Program-made: the position numbers and the translations under genes | Source: Macrostomum lignano | Taxonomy: Eukaryota | DNA length: 64,000 nt | Direction of reading: 5' to 3' | Assembly (NCBI GenBank): GCA_002269645.1 | Contig: NIVC01000953.1 | Span: forward strand, 124,001 to 188,000 | The notes under the pieces: generated by a model | Database searches by the model: none | Seen by the model: the letters and a program-made list of their open reading frames with translations, nothing else | What the model was told of the DNA's origin: nothing | Part shown: in pieces, positions 49,301 through 60,520 of the stretch | Position numbering within the stretch: the stretch's first letter is position 1 | Layout of the letters: every line of letters starts with the position of its first letter

Positions 49301-50700
49301 TGGTTTGGCATGGGCTGTGAGACTGGTTTGGCATGGGCTGTGAGACTGATTTGGCATGGGTTGTGAGACTGGTTTGGCATGGGCTGTGAGACTGGTTTGG
49401 TATGGGCTGTGAGACTGGTTTGGCATGGGCTGTGAGACTGGTTTGGCATGGGTTGAGCATGGCTTGCAAGACTTGTTTGGCATGGGTTGTGCATGGGCTG
49501 TGAGACTGGTTTGGCATGGGTTGAGCATGGCTTGCAAGACTTGTTTGGCATGGGTTGTGCATGGGCTATGAGACTGGTTTGGCATGGGTTGTGCATGGCT
49601 TGCAAGACTTGCTTGGCATGGGTTGTGCATGGGCTATGAGACTGGTTTGGCATGGGTTGTGCATGGGCTATGAGACTTTCGTGGAATGAAGCACTTTCAA
49701 CTAAAACATAAAAACTTATTAAAAGTTTATCTAAATATAAGAAAAAAGATTATTGACACTAAATTAAGCAACTAATTTATTAAGTTTTGGGCTACATTTT
49801 GCTGCAAAAAAAGTCAAATTCGCGGGTAGCGAAGCAAAATAACGCACGACTCATCGGGTAGCTTTTCTCCTCGTGAATGAAAATGCCGAATCCATTGGAC
49901 TGCGGCTCGTTGCTCTGCAGCAGCCGGTTGACGGCTTTGCTGCGTGAGAACTTGCGAGAAATGCAGCCGTCGGGCTGGGTATCATGCCAGTCGGGATACT
50001 TCTCGTTGCCATCGGTGAAGAGCACCATGTCCAGCTCGGCTCCCCTGCCCCCAGGACCGCTGGACGACTGCCGTGGGTCCGGGTGGAACGTGTAGCAGTT
50101 CCAGAACCGGCTGGTCTGGACAAGCGAGAAGTTCCTGTGACTGCACGGCTCGCTGTTGTAGCGGCAGCTCAGCAGCATGGTCTCGTCGAGCTGGAAGATG
50201 TCTCTGGTATCGCCCGACACCCACATCACGTCCAGGACCTTCTTGCACACCTTCTCAAGTCGGCTATCATAGCTTTCATCCGATTCTTGCGGGCGCCTCT
50301 GGGTGTCCTCCTTGAACCAGTTGACGAAGTTGCCCCAGAAGTTTTCAAAGTATTGCAACACCTTAAACTTGAACTTCTTATGCTTTAAGTGGAATTCAAA
50401 GAAATCTCCTAAAGTCAGCAAAGATGCAGAAGCGGGCTTGAAGTTGCAGATTGTGATGTCGGGAAACTGGGCTCGTTCGCTCCTCAGCTTCAGCTGCGAC
50501 TCAACGGAGCGCTCGGTGAACTTCTGCACCAACTTGGCCAGGTGGACGCTGCAGCCGATCAGGGCAGCTACGAACAGAAGCAGCCAGAAGAGCCGTCTAG
50601 CTGTGCTACTGGACAGAAAGATGTGCAGCAGGCCGTGGGTTCTCGTGATGCCAGCCACCTCCTGGGCGGCACCGGTCACCGTGCGGAGTCGGGCTTGCAT
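43302..50700 (-). CDS. DEG/ENaC (amiloride-sensitive) sodium channel, FaNaC-like; complement(join(43302..43433,43870..44709,49848..50700)); apparent frameshift near 43897 and non-AG acceptor at 43434
   Basis: N-terminal HG motif (THGLLHI), TM1 (RRLFWLLLFVAALIGC), FPDITICN, SCRYNSEPC, CYTF, GIFIHE..SYP, NCGC, WP, and TM2 IGGTLGLWLGISVVSTFELLEFIY. Confidence 0.88.
43434..43830. repeat. 31-bp minisatellite filling the last ENaC intron
   Basis: Copies of CGTAGCGGGATGTCAGTGCGGCCAAAGGAAC. Confidence 0.93.
44712..49677. repeat. 22-23-bp minisatellite (GGTTTGGCATGGG(C/T)TGTGAGACT), ~5 kb, ENaC intron 1
   Basis: More than 200 copies with internal higher-order duplications. Confidence 0.96.
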
Positions 50701-51179
50701 TTTCCTCTTCAGCTAATTGTAACTTCAGCTTGTAGATTTCTCAAAGCAGTTGCTAACGAGTTATTTGCTTAGTGCCCAAAGAAATATCGAGCGCTCAAGT
50801 CGAGAACTCTTTCGCCCGGTAGTCCTGTTGCAACAGTGCGAGCTGCGTCCGATCGCTGCCCTAGACTAAGTCCTTCCCGCGACTGTGGTACTTTTGCTAC
50901 ATTGCAAAAACACTGAACATTTTTACAATCTGTGGCCTTACACCCAGGGGATACGCAGCCTAAATTGATATACTCGTATGCATATACACATTACTATTGG
51001 CATAATAATTGAAATAATTGCAATGATATGAGTATACCCTGTAAACCTGTGACAGTGGTAAGCCTGTTTCGAGTCGCATCGTGAAGATAATCCCAGGTAA
51101 CTCCAAGTTTACTTGATAGCACAAAGTACATTTGCATGCGTTTACATTTAAAAACGTTTATAAATGACTCCTTGATCAA

Positions 51180-51250
51180 GCATCGGTGGTTCAGTGGTAG
51201 AATGCTCGCCTGCCACGCGGGCGGCCCGGGTTCGATTCCCGGCCGATGCA
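51180..51250 (+). tRNA. tRNA-Gly (anticodon GCC)
   Basis: GCATCGG/CCGATGC acceptor stem, D-loop TGGTTCAGTGGTAGA, anticodon loop CTGCCAC, T-loop GGTTCGATTCC, followed by a T6 Pol III terminator. Confidence 0.97.
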
Positions 51251-52026
51251 ACTTTTTTTACTGTTGTCAGTTTAGACTTTTAATTCAATTATTAAACGCA
51301 TTTCGACTAACTTCAGCCCTAAGAAGCTATAAGACGTTTTGAACTATTAAACTGCTGTTGAAGATGTAGAAGCCTTTCTCAGAAAACTACAAAAATTTTT
51401 ACCGATATGTATCGAAAAAACTAAAAGCAGGCGGTAATTGTTTGTTCTCACGCGGAGTGAGTGCGCTGAAAGCAAAATAGAATATTTGGTTAATTGTCCT
51501 CGTCACTTGGACAGGCTCGAGTTTTTAGGGTATTGTTTATTTCGATAACAAATAAAGAAGACACAGCAGAGATTTTTTTGCTTGAAGAATCGAAATAAAA
51601 TTGGAACTGAAATTGAAATTGACATTAGAAAGTGAAGTGGAGCCTGTGATTGCATCTGAGGTTTATTCAAATTAATAATTTGCGCATCTTAAAAATTAAT
51701 ATACAACGGAATTATCAAATTTGATAAATTAGTGAAGCAAGCGAAAAGCCAACAAGACGAGCGGGATAAAAACAGGCTGTAAAGCGGTGAGAGAGTAAAA
51801 TTATCTGAATAATCGATCAAACTACTAACAGTAGTTAAAAACAAAATCGTATAACAGAAATGAAAATTTTTAGAACACTGGTATCCTTCCAGTGTGCTGT
51901 TCTGGTGGAAATAAAAATCTTCTATTAACAGAATGAAACACAAACGAATTTATCAATAACAAACAAGAAAGCGCAATGGTTCACTAGAGTGCGATATAAT
52001 CACGTGTTGGTTAGCTAATGCTAAAT

Positions 52027-52667
52027 CAGGGGTAGGCAAACTCAGGCCCGCAAAGCCTCTCTATCCGGTCCTCGGATCCTTTGAAACTTCACAATAGCAA
52101 TCTGGCCGGCTCAATGCTTATCTCTTCTCAGCTCCCTTCACACGTCTCTCTTCTCTCCTCTCTTATCTTCTCTCCTCATCTCCTCTCTTATCTTCTCTCC
52201 TCATCTCCTCTCTTATCTTCTCTCCTTCTCTCCTCTCTTATCTTCTCTCCTCATCTCCTCTCTTATCTTCTCTCCTTCTCTCCTCTCTTATCTTCTCTCC
52301 TTCTCTCCTCTCTTATCTTCTCTCCTCATCTCCTCTTATCTTCTCTCCTTATCTACTCTCTTATCTTCTCTCCTCATCTCTCTTATCTTCTCTCCTCATC
52401 TCCTCTCTTATCTTCTCTCCTCATCTCCTCTTATCTTCTCTCTTTATCTCCTCTCTTCTCTCCTCTCCTCTTCTCTTCTCTCCTCTCTCCTTTTCTCTTC
52501 TCTCCTCCCCTGTCTCCTCTCTTCTCTCCTCTCCTCTCTTTTCCTTTATTCCCTCGCCTCTCCTTTCTCCTATCTTTCTTCTCAATTCTCTCTTCTTTCT
52601 CCTAGCTCTTCAGTCAGCTTTAGGTTCTCTATTTGGCCCTTGAGGTAAAAATGTTTGCCAACCCTTG
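52027..52667. mobile_element. hAT-like MITE with internal CT-rich expansion
   Basis: Left TIR CAGGGGTAGGCAAAC, right TIR GTTTGCCAACCCTTG. The 8-bp flanks TGCTAAAT/TGCACATT match at 5 of 8 positions. CT-rich repeat at ~52130-52605. Confidence 0.55.
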
Positions 52668-53070
52668 TGCACATTTTAGTTGACTTCCAAAAAGTGGTCA
52701 GGCCTATATAAAATTAATGTTTCTAGATTTGCGGAGGGAGAATAACGCGAAATTAAATAACCAATTATTGAACTAATCTAACAAATATTTGATAACATAA
52801 AACCCAAGGACGATCTAAGGTAAAAGGACGGGAAAACCTGGTTTCTTAGAAAGAAAAGAACATTTTTGAGGGCCGATTTCGCGCTCCAACAATTAAACAA
52901 CGAAACCATTAGCAATTTCAATCTCTTTAAAATATTTTTTTCTGAAACGAGGCTTTCCATCCTTAAACGGTTCATAGTTAGTTATTTTGTCCAACGTAAA
53001 AGACATAATATCCGCAATACGCTACTGACACTTCCAGTCAGAAGTAGAAAGTTACACATTTTTTTGTTAA

Positions 53071-56000
53071 TTATTTCTTATTCTCAACCGCGGCCTGCTG
53101 CTTGTGATGCGACCACAGCGGATCTAGCGAGCTAAACGGATCGTTTGGCACCTGCTCCGGTTTCAAGCGGCTCTCCCGACTAGCTGAGCTGTTGAAATCT
53201 TCGCGTCGGATACGCCGCTTATCCTCGGGCACGGGCTCGATGCGGATGTGCTTGGCATCTAAAGATTGCAGAAAGTCCTTGGCTGGCGAACCGTTGGCTG
53301 ATGCAGCCGGCGCTGCCGATTCGGATTTGGTAGGCGGCTCTGATGCTGGTTAAATTTGGTAAAACCAACTGAGTTAGACTACTTATCAGTAGGCGAGCAT
53401 TGAAAAATACTGTCTATTTTGTTTTGGAATAATAAATTTGGTTTAGACTACTAATCAGTAAGCGAGCATTGAAAATAGTCTATTTTGTTTTGGAATAATA
53501 AATTCGGTTTAGACTACTAATCAGTAGGCGAGCATTGAAAAATACTGTCTATTTTTCTTCAGAATACGAAATTCGGTTTGGAGTATAATTTTTATTGCCC
53601 ATTAAAAACAAATAAATAAGCTCACTTGTGCTATGAGCTGGTGAAGATTTCTCGCTGGCCACTCGGGCAGCCGCCGCCTGAGCAGTGGCCGCCGCAGAAG
53701 TCGACGACTGACGAACTAGGACGCCTTTTTTTCTCAGTAGTATCTGACAGATCTCGTGAAAGTTTGAATACAATTGCTGCAATTGCTGAGGGTCGGCCAG
53801 AACGCAAGGCCGCTGATTGGCCAGTGAGGCGGCAATCTCAGCTAGCGGCGGCATCTTGCCATCGAGTTTGAGCTGGTGCCGGGCGGCCAGTAAGGCGCCA
53901 AAAAGGCCGCACTTGGCAGAGCCATCCGGACAGACCAGGCAGACTGGGCGAAGCGGCGAGCGCTGATCGCTGAGCACCTGGCAGGCTCGCTCGATTGCCG
54001 ACGGGTAGTCCGAGTGGACCTTTAAAGTAGTGTAATCAGCGTTTCTACTGATTTTTTGGCTGATTGTGGAATAGAGCTAATTAGCACTTGCAGCTATAAT
54101 AGATTATTTATACTGACTTAGGGTAAGACTATTGGGGCAATTCTGTGTCGATTATTGGGGGAATTATGAGATGATTCTTGGGGGAATGATGGATGATTCT
54201 TGGGGGAATTATGGATGATTCTTGGGGGGATGATGGATGATTCTTGGGGGAATTATGGATAATTCTTGGGGAAATTATGGATGATTCTTGGGGGAATTAT
54301 GGATAATTCTTGGGGGGATGATGGATGATTCTTGGGGGAATTATGGATGATTCTTGGGGGAATTATGGATGATTCTTGGGGGAATTATGGATGATTCTTG
54401 GGGGAATTATAGATAATTCTTGGGGGAATTATGGATGATTCTTGGGGGAATTATGGATGATTCTTGGGGGAATTATGGATGATTCTTGGGGGAATTATGG
54501 ATGATTCTTGGGGGAATTACGGATAATTCTTGGGGAAATTATGGATGATTCTTGGGGAAATTATGGATGATTCTTGGGGGAATTATGGATGATTCTTGGG
54601 GAAATTATGGATGATTCTTGGGGGAATTATGGATGATTCTTGGGGAAATTATGGATGATTCTTGGGGGAATTATGGATGATTCTTGGGGAAATTATGGAT
54701 GATTCTTGGGGGAATGATGGGTAATTCTTGGGGGAAGTATGGATAATTCTTGGGGGAATGATGGATAATTCTTGGGGGAAGTATGGATGATTCTTGGGGG
54801 AAGTATGGATAATTCTTGGGGGAATGATGGATGATTCTTGGGGGAATTATGGATGATTCTTGGGGGAATTATGGATGATTCTTGGGGGAATTATGGATGA
54901 TTCTTGGGGAAAGTATGGATGATTCTTGGGGGAATTATGGATGATTCTTGGGGGAAATTATGGATGATTCTTGGGGGAATGATGGGTAATTCTTGGGGGA
55001 AGTATGGATAATTCTTGGGGGAATGATGGATAATTCTTGGGGAAGTATGGATGATTCTTGGGGAAGTATGGATAATTCTTGGGGGAATGATGGATGATTC
55101 TTGGGGGAATTATGGATGATTCTTGGGGGAATTATGGATGATTCTTGAGGGAATTATGGATGATTCTTGGGGGAATGATGGATGATTCTTGGGGGAATTA
55201 TGGATAATTCTAGGGGAAATTACGGATGATTCTTGGGGAATTATGGATAATTCTTGGGGAAATTATGGATAATTCTTGGAGGAATTATGGATGATTCTTG
55301 GGGAAATTATGGATGATTCTTGGGGAAATTATGGATGATTCTTGGGGAAATTATGGATGATTCTTGGGGGAATTATGGATGATTCTTGGGAGAATTATGG
55401 ATAATTCTTGGGGAATTTATGGATGATTCTTGGGGGAATTATGGATGATTCTTGGGGGAATTATGGATGATTCTTGGGGGAATTATGGATAATTCTTGGG
55501 GAAATTATGGATGATTCTTGGGGGAATTATGGATGATTCTTGGGGGAATTATGGATGATTCTTGGGGGAATTATGGATAATTCTTGGGGAAATTATGGAT
55601 AATTCTTGGGGAAATTATGGATAATTCTTGGGGGAATTATGGATGATTCTTGGGGAAATTATGGATGATTCTTGGGGAAATTATGGATGATTCTTGGGAA
55701 ATTATGGATGATTCTTGGGGAATTATGGATGATTCTTGGGGAATTATGGATGATTCTTGGGGAAATTATGGATGATTCTTGGGGAAATTATGGATGATTC
55801 TTGGGGGAATTATGGATAATTCTTGGGGAAATTATGGATGATTCTTGGGGAAATTATGGATAATTCTTGGGGGAATTATGGATGATTCTTGGGGAAATTA
55901 TGGATGATTCTTGGGGAAATTATGGATGATTCTTGGGGAATTATGGATGATTCTTGGGGGAATTATGGATGATTCTTGGGGGAATTATGGATGATTCTTG

Positions 56001-59000
56001 GGGAATTATGGATGATTCTTGGGGGAATTATGGATGATTCTTGGGGGAATTATGGATGATTCTTGGGGAAATTATGGATGATTCTTGGGGGAATTATGGA
56101 TGATTCTTGGGGGAATTATGGATGATTCTTGGGGGAATTATGGATGATTCTTGAGGGAATTATGGATGATTCTTGGGGGAATTATGGATAATTCTTGGGG
56201 AAATTATGGATGATTCTTGGGGGAATTATGGATGATTCTTGGGGAAATTATGGATGATTCTTGGGGGAATTATGGATGATTCTTGGGGAATTATGGATGA
56301 TTCTTGGGGGAATTATGGATGATTCTTGGGGAAATTATGGATGATTCTTGGGGAATTATGGATGATTCTTGGGGAATTATGGATGATTCTGGGGAATTAT
56401 GGATGATTCTTGGGGAATTATGGATGATTCTTGGGGGAATTATGGATAATTCTTGGGGAAATTATGGATGATTCTTGGGGGAATTATGGATGATTCTTGG
56501 GGGAATTATGGATGATTCTTGATGAAAATACGAATGATTCTTGGGAGAATTTATGGGTGGTTGCACGGGGACTTCATATGTGATTCTAAAAGGAATTCAG
56601 TAGTAAGTTTTGGGGGGAGTTACAGGGGTATCAAGGGTGATTCGTAGGAGAATTTAGAATGATTAGAGTATTTTAGAGGAAATTTGGTGTCACCTGCAGC
56701 ATCACCAGAGTGCGCGAAGCTTCTCCAACACGAACTGCGATGACCCTTTCAGTACAGCCGACATCCCCGGGTGCACAGCCCGGACTGACACCTCAACGGA
56801 GCCGCTGTAAACAGCTGATTCACCTTTGGCATCGGGCCAATACGGAGGTAAACCGCTAACAGACGGGCCCAGCTGACACAACAGCTCGCAGCCGTACTGA
56901 AGCAGCATCTTGTAGAATGTTGACAACTGAGACTTATTGGGCTGCTGAGCGAATATCAGCCTGGTGCTCTGCCAGTGCAGCAGGCTGGCATTCAGATAGC
57001 TGGCATCGTCGCCAACGGTCACTCTGTTAGCATCGTAGGGCACGCATTGCGGCGCCCTGTTCTGCATTGGGTGGCACATGGCAACTGTTGTAGTCTTCTT
57101 TGTCTGCTGTACACCGCCAGCCGCTGTCAGCCCTTTCAACGCGGCCTGATGCTGTTGCCAAGCATCTGACACTGGCAGCCTCCGCCCCAGCCGCTCCGTG
57201 TCGGCAATCAGCTGATTAAACAATAAATTATCAGACAGCTTGTCAACTCCGCTCTGCTTTCTCAGGGCAGCTTCGGCCACTTGCAGTTCTCGTTCGGCGC
57301 TGGTCAGCACCGAGGGTGTCAACACGGCGGCAGCGGCAGCCGCGGTGTCCTCGCTGCGGAGTCTAGCAGACTGCGACAGCTGTTGTTGTTGCTGCCCTTG
57401 GCAAGCCCTCCGCCAGCACCGTCTGGTGGCAGGTGCTGCGGAGTTGACGCGCCAGATGACGCTCGGTCAGTGGCAGAGGGTTCGGCCGCGACAGGCTTCT
57501 GCTGAGCTGGAAAAACGGTGGGTCTGACTGGTCTGCTGTCAGGCTTTGGTTGCTGGGCTGCCGATGATGATGATGGAGGCAGCTGGGAGGGGAACTGGCT
57601 CACTGAAGTGCCGCCTGACTGAGGGAACCCGCCTGTTGCAGATGCCGGTTGCTGAGAAAAGTTGCCGGTAGCAGATCCCGGTTGCTGAGAAAAGTTTCCG
57701 GTTGCAGATGCCGGTTGCTGAGAAAAGTTGCCGGTAGCAGATGCCGGTTGCTGAGAAAAGTTTCCGGTTGCAGATGCCGGTTGCTGAGAAAAGTTGCCGG
57801 TAGCAGATCCTGGTTGCTGAGAGTAGCCACCGGTTGCAGATCCCGGTTGCTGAGAAAAGTTGCCGGTAGCAGATCCTGGTTGCTGAGAAAAGCCGCTGGT
57901 TACAGATCCTGGTTGCTGAGAAAAGCCGCTGGTTACAGATCCTGGTTGCTGAGAGTAGCCACCGGTTGCAGATCCCGGTTGCTGAGAGTGGCCACCGGTT
58001 GCAGATCCTGGTTGCTGAGAGTAACCACCGGTTGCAGATCCTGGTTGTTGAGAGTGGCCACCGGTTGCAGATCCTGGTTGCTGAGAGTAGCCACCGGTTG
58101 CAGATCCCGGTTGCTGAGAAAAGTTGCCGGTAGCAGATCCTGGTTGCTGAGAAAAGTTGCCGGTAGCAAATCCCGGTTGCTGAGAAAAGCCGCTGGTTGC
58201 AGATCCCGGTTGCTGAGAAAAGTTTCCGGTCGAAGATCCCGGTTGCTGAGAGTAGCCACCGGTTGCAGATCCCGGTTGCTGAGAGTAACCACCAGTTGCA
58301 GATCCCGGTTGCTGAGAGTAACCACCGGTTGCAGATCCCGGTTGCTGAGAGTAGCCACCGGTTGCAGATACTGGTTGCTGAGAGTAGCCACCGGTTGCAG
58401 ATCCCGGTTGCTGAGAGTAACCACCAGTTGCAGATCCCGGTTGCTGAGAGTAACCACCGGTTGCAGATCCCGGTTGCTGAGAGTAACCACCGGTTGCAGA
58501 TCCCGGTTGCTGAGAGTAACCACCGGTTGCAGATCCCGGTTGCTGAGCAAAACCACCGGTAACGGAATATCCTGGTTGCAGGGGCACTGCGCCAGCTTTG
58601 GACCCTTGCTGCTGACTGAATCCCGGTTGCTGTGGAAATCCTGGTTGCTGCTGTGGGAATCGAACCGAGGACGTTCCTGCCTGCTGCGGCCCAGCCAAAG
58701 ATCCCGGTTGCTGGGGAAATCCACCGGTTGCTGAAGACACCGGTTGCTGAGGAAATCTCACAGCTGACACGCTGGGGAGCTGGGGATGCGTGCCGCCTAG
58801 CGATCCAGATGGTTGGTAATTGACACTCGAGGTGCCCGGCTGCTGAGGGAATCTCTGTTGCTGGGGAAACCCACCGCCAGATGCTCCAGCCGGCTGTTGC
58901 GGCAATCGAACTTGCGAAGTTCCCGGTTGTTGCTGGGGAATTCCCGAATAGCTGGTCGGTTGTTGAGGAAAGCGAATTTGAGATGTTCCAGGTTGCTGGG

Positions 59001-60297
59001 GGAATCTCCCTGATGAAGCGGCCGGTTGCTGGGGGAATCCCCCTGACGAAGCGGCAGGTTGCTGGGGGAATCCCCCTGACGAAGCGGCAGGTTGCTGGGG
59101 GAATCCCCCGGACGAAGACCCCGGTTGTTGTGGAAACCGGATCTGAGAAGTACCTGGTTGTTGCGAGTAAGATCCCAAAGTTGCCGCATTGGTGGTGGGG
59201 AATTGCTGTGGCCGAGCACTCGTTGAAGCAAACTGAGCAGTTGATGTCGGAGGCTGGGATCCGAACTGGCCAGTTGATGTTGGAGGCTGGGATCCGAACT
59301 GGCCAGTTGATAACTGAGAAGGCTGGGATCCGAACTGGTTAGCTGATGTCGGAGGCTGGGATCCGAACTGGCCAGTTGATGACTGAGGAGGCTGGGGTCC
59401 GAACTGGTTAGCTGATGTCGGAGGCTGGGATCCGAACTGGCCAGTTGATGTCGGAGGAGGCTGGGATCCGAACTGGTTAGCTGATGTCGGAGGCTGGGAT
59501 CCGAACTGGCCAGTTGATGACGGAGGAGGCTGGGATCCGAACTGGTTAGCTGATGTCGGAGGCTGGGATCCGAACTGGCCAGTTGATGACGGAGGAGGCT
59601 GGGATCCGAACTGGCCAGTTGATGACGGAGGAGGCTGGGATCCGAACTGGTTAGCAGGAAAGCGAGTGGGATACTGATGCAGCTGCTGAGGATCAAAGCT
59701 GCCAGAACCCGGAGCTGGCTGCTGATAGCCGGTTGTCGCGCTAGACGGCAAAGGCGAATGCCGACCATACTGTTGCGGCAGCTGCTGATTAGGCTGCGGC
59801 GCTGGCGGTTGAACAGGTTCAGCAGATGCTCGGTGAGGACTGGCGGGCAGGGAGCTGCGCTGGCTACCGTAGGTGCCCGGCTTCAGATAGGGCAGGAAGT
59901 CCTTCAGTCTGGGCGGGTTGGAGCCGCCGCCGCTGCCGCCCGACCCGGACAGGCTGGCTAAAAGGGCTGCCGGCGGCAAGGTCGCGGGTTCGTTTTCAGA
60001 CCTTTTTTGCTGACCTTCGGTTGGATTAAGCGACTGGAATTGGCCAGATGAGCGGCTGTATTGATGAAGCTGGGGCGGCGGCGGCTGCTGAGGCTGCGGT
60101 TGCTGCTGCTGTGGCGGTGGCTGCGGAGGCTTTGGCGGCGTTAGGAGAGGTTTTAGGCGCGCCTCGATTACCTGCCGATTGGGAATAATGGACAAGGGGT
60201 GGGACAGGTAAACGTTAGGGCAGGTGGACAGACAGACAGACAGACAGACAGACACAGACAGACAGACACAGACAGACAGATAGACAGACAGACAGAA

Positions 60298-60330
<33 letters not shown>

Positions 60331-60333
60331 CTA

Positions 60334-60372
<39 letters not shown>

Positions 60373-60443
60373 TAGACACACAGACACAGACACAGACAGA
60401 CAGACAGACAGAAAGACAGACAGACAGACACACAGACAGACAG

Positions 60444-60520
<77 letters not shown>

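Noticed and set aside
44367-49653. 1175-1590-aa QSHNPCQT ORFs apparently fused to ENaC sequence
   Set aside because: Products of a 22/23-bp intronic array; the real exon begins at the acceptor at 44710/44709.
57649-58734. 361-aa plus-strand ORF antisense to PTPN23
   Set aside because: Mirror of the 33-bp coding repeat; no independent evidence.
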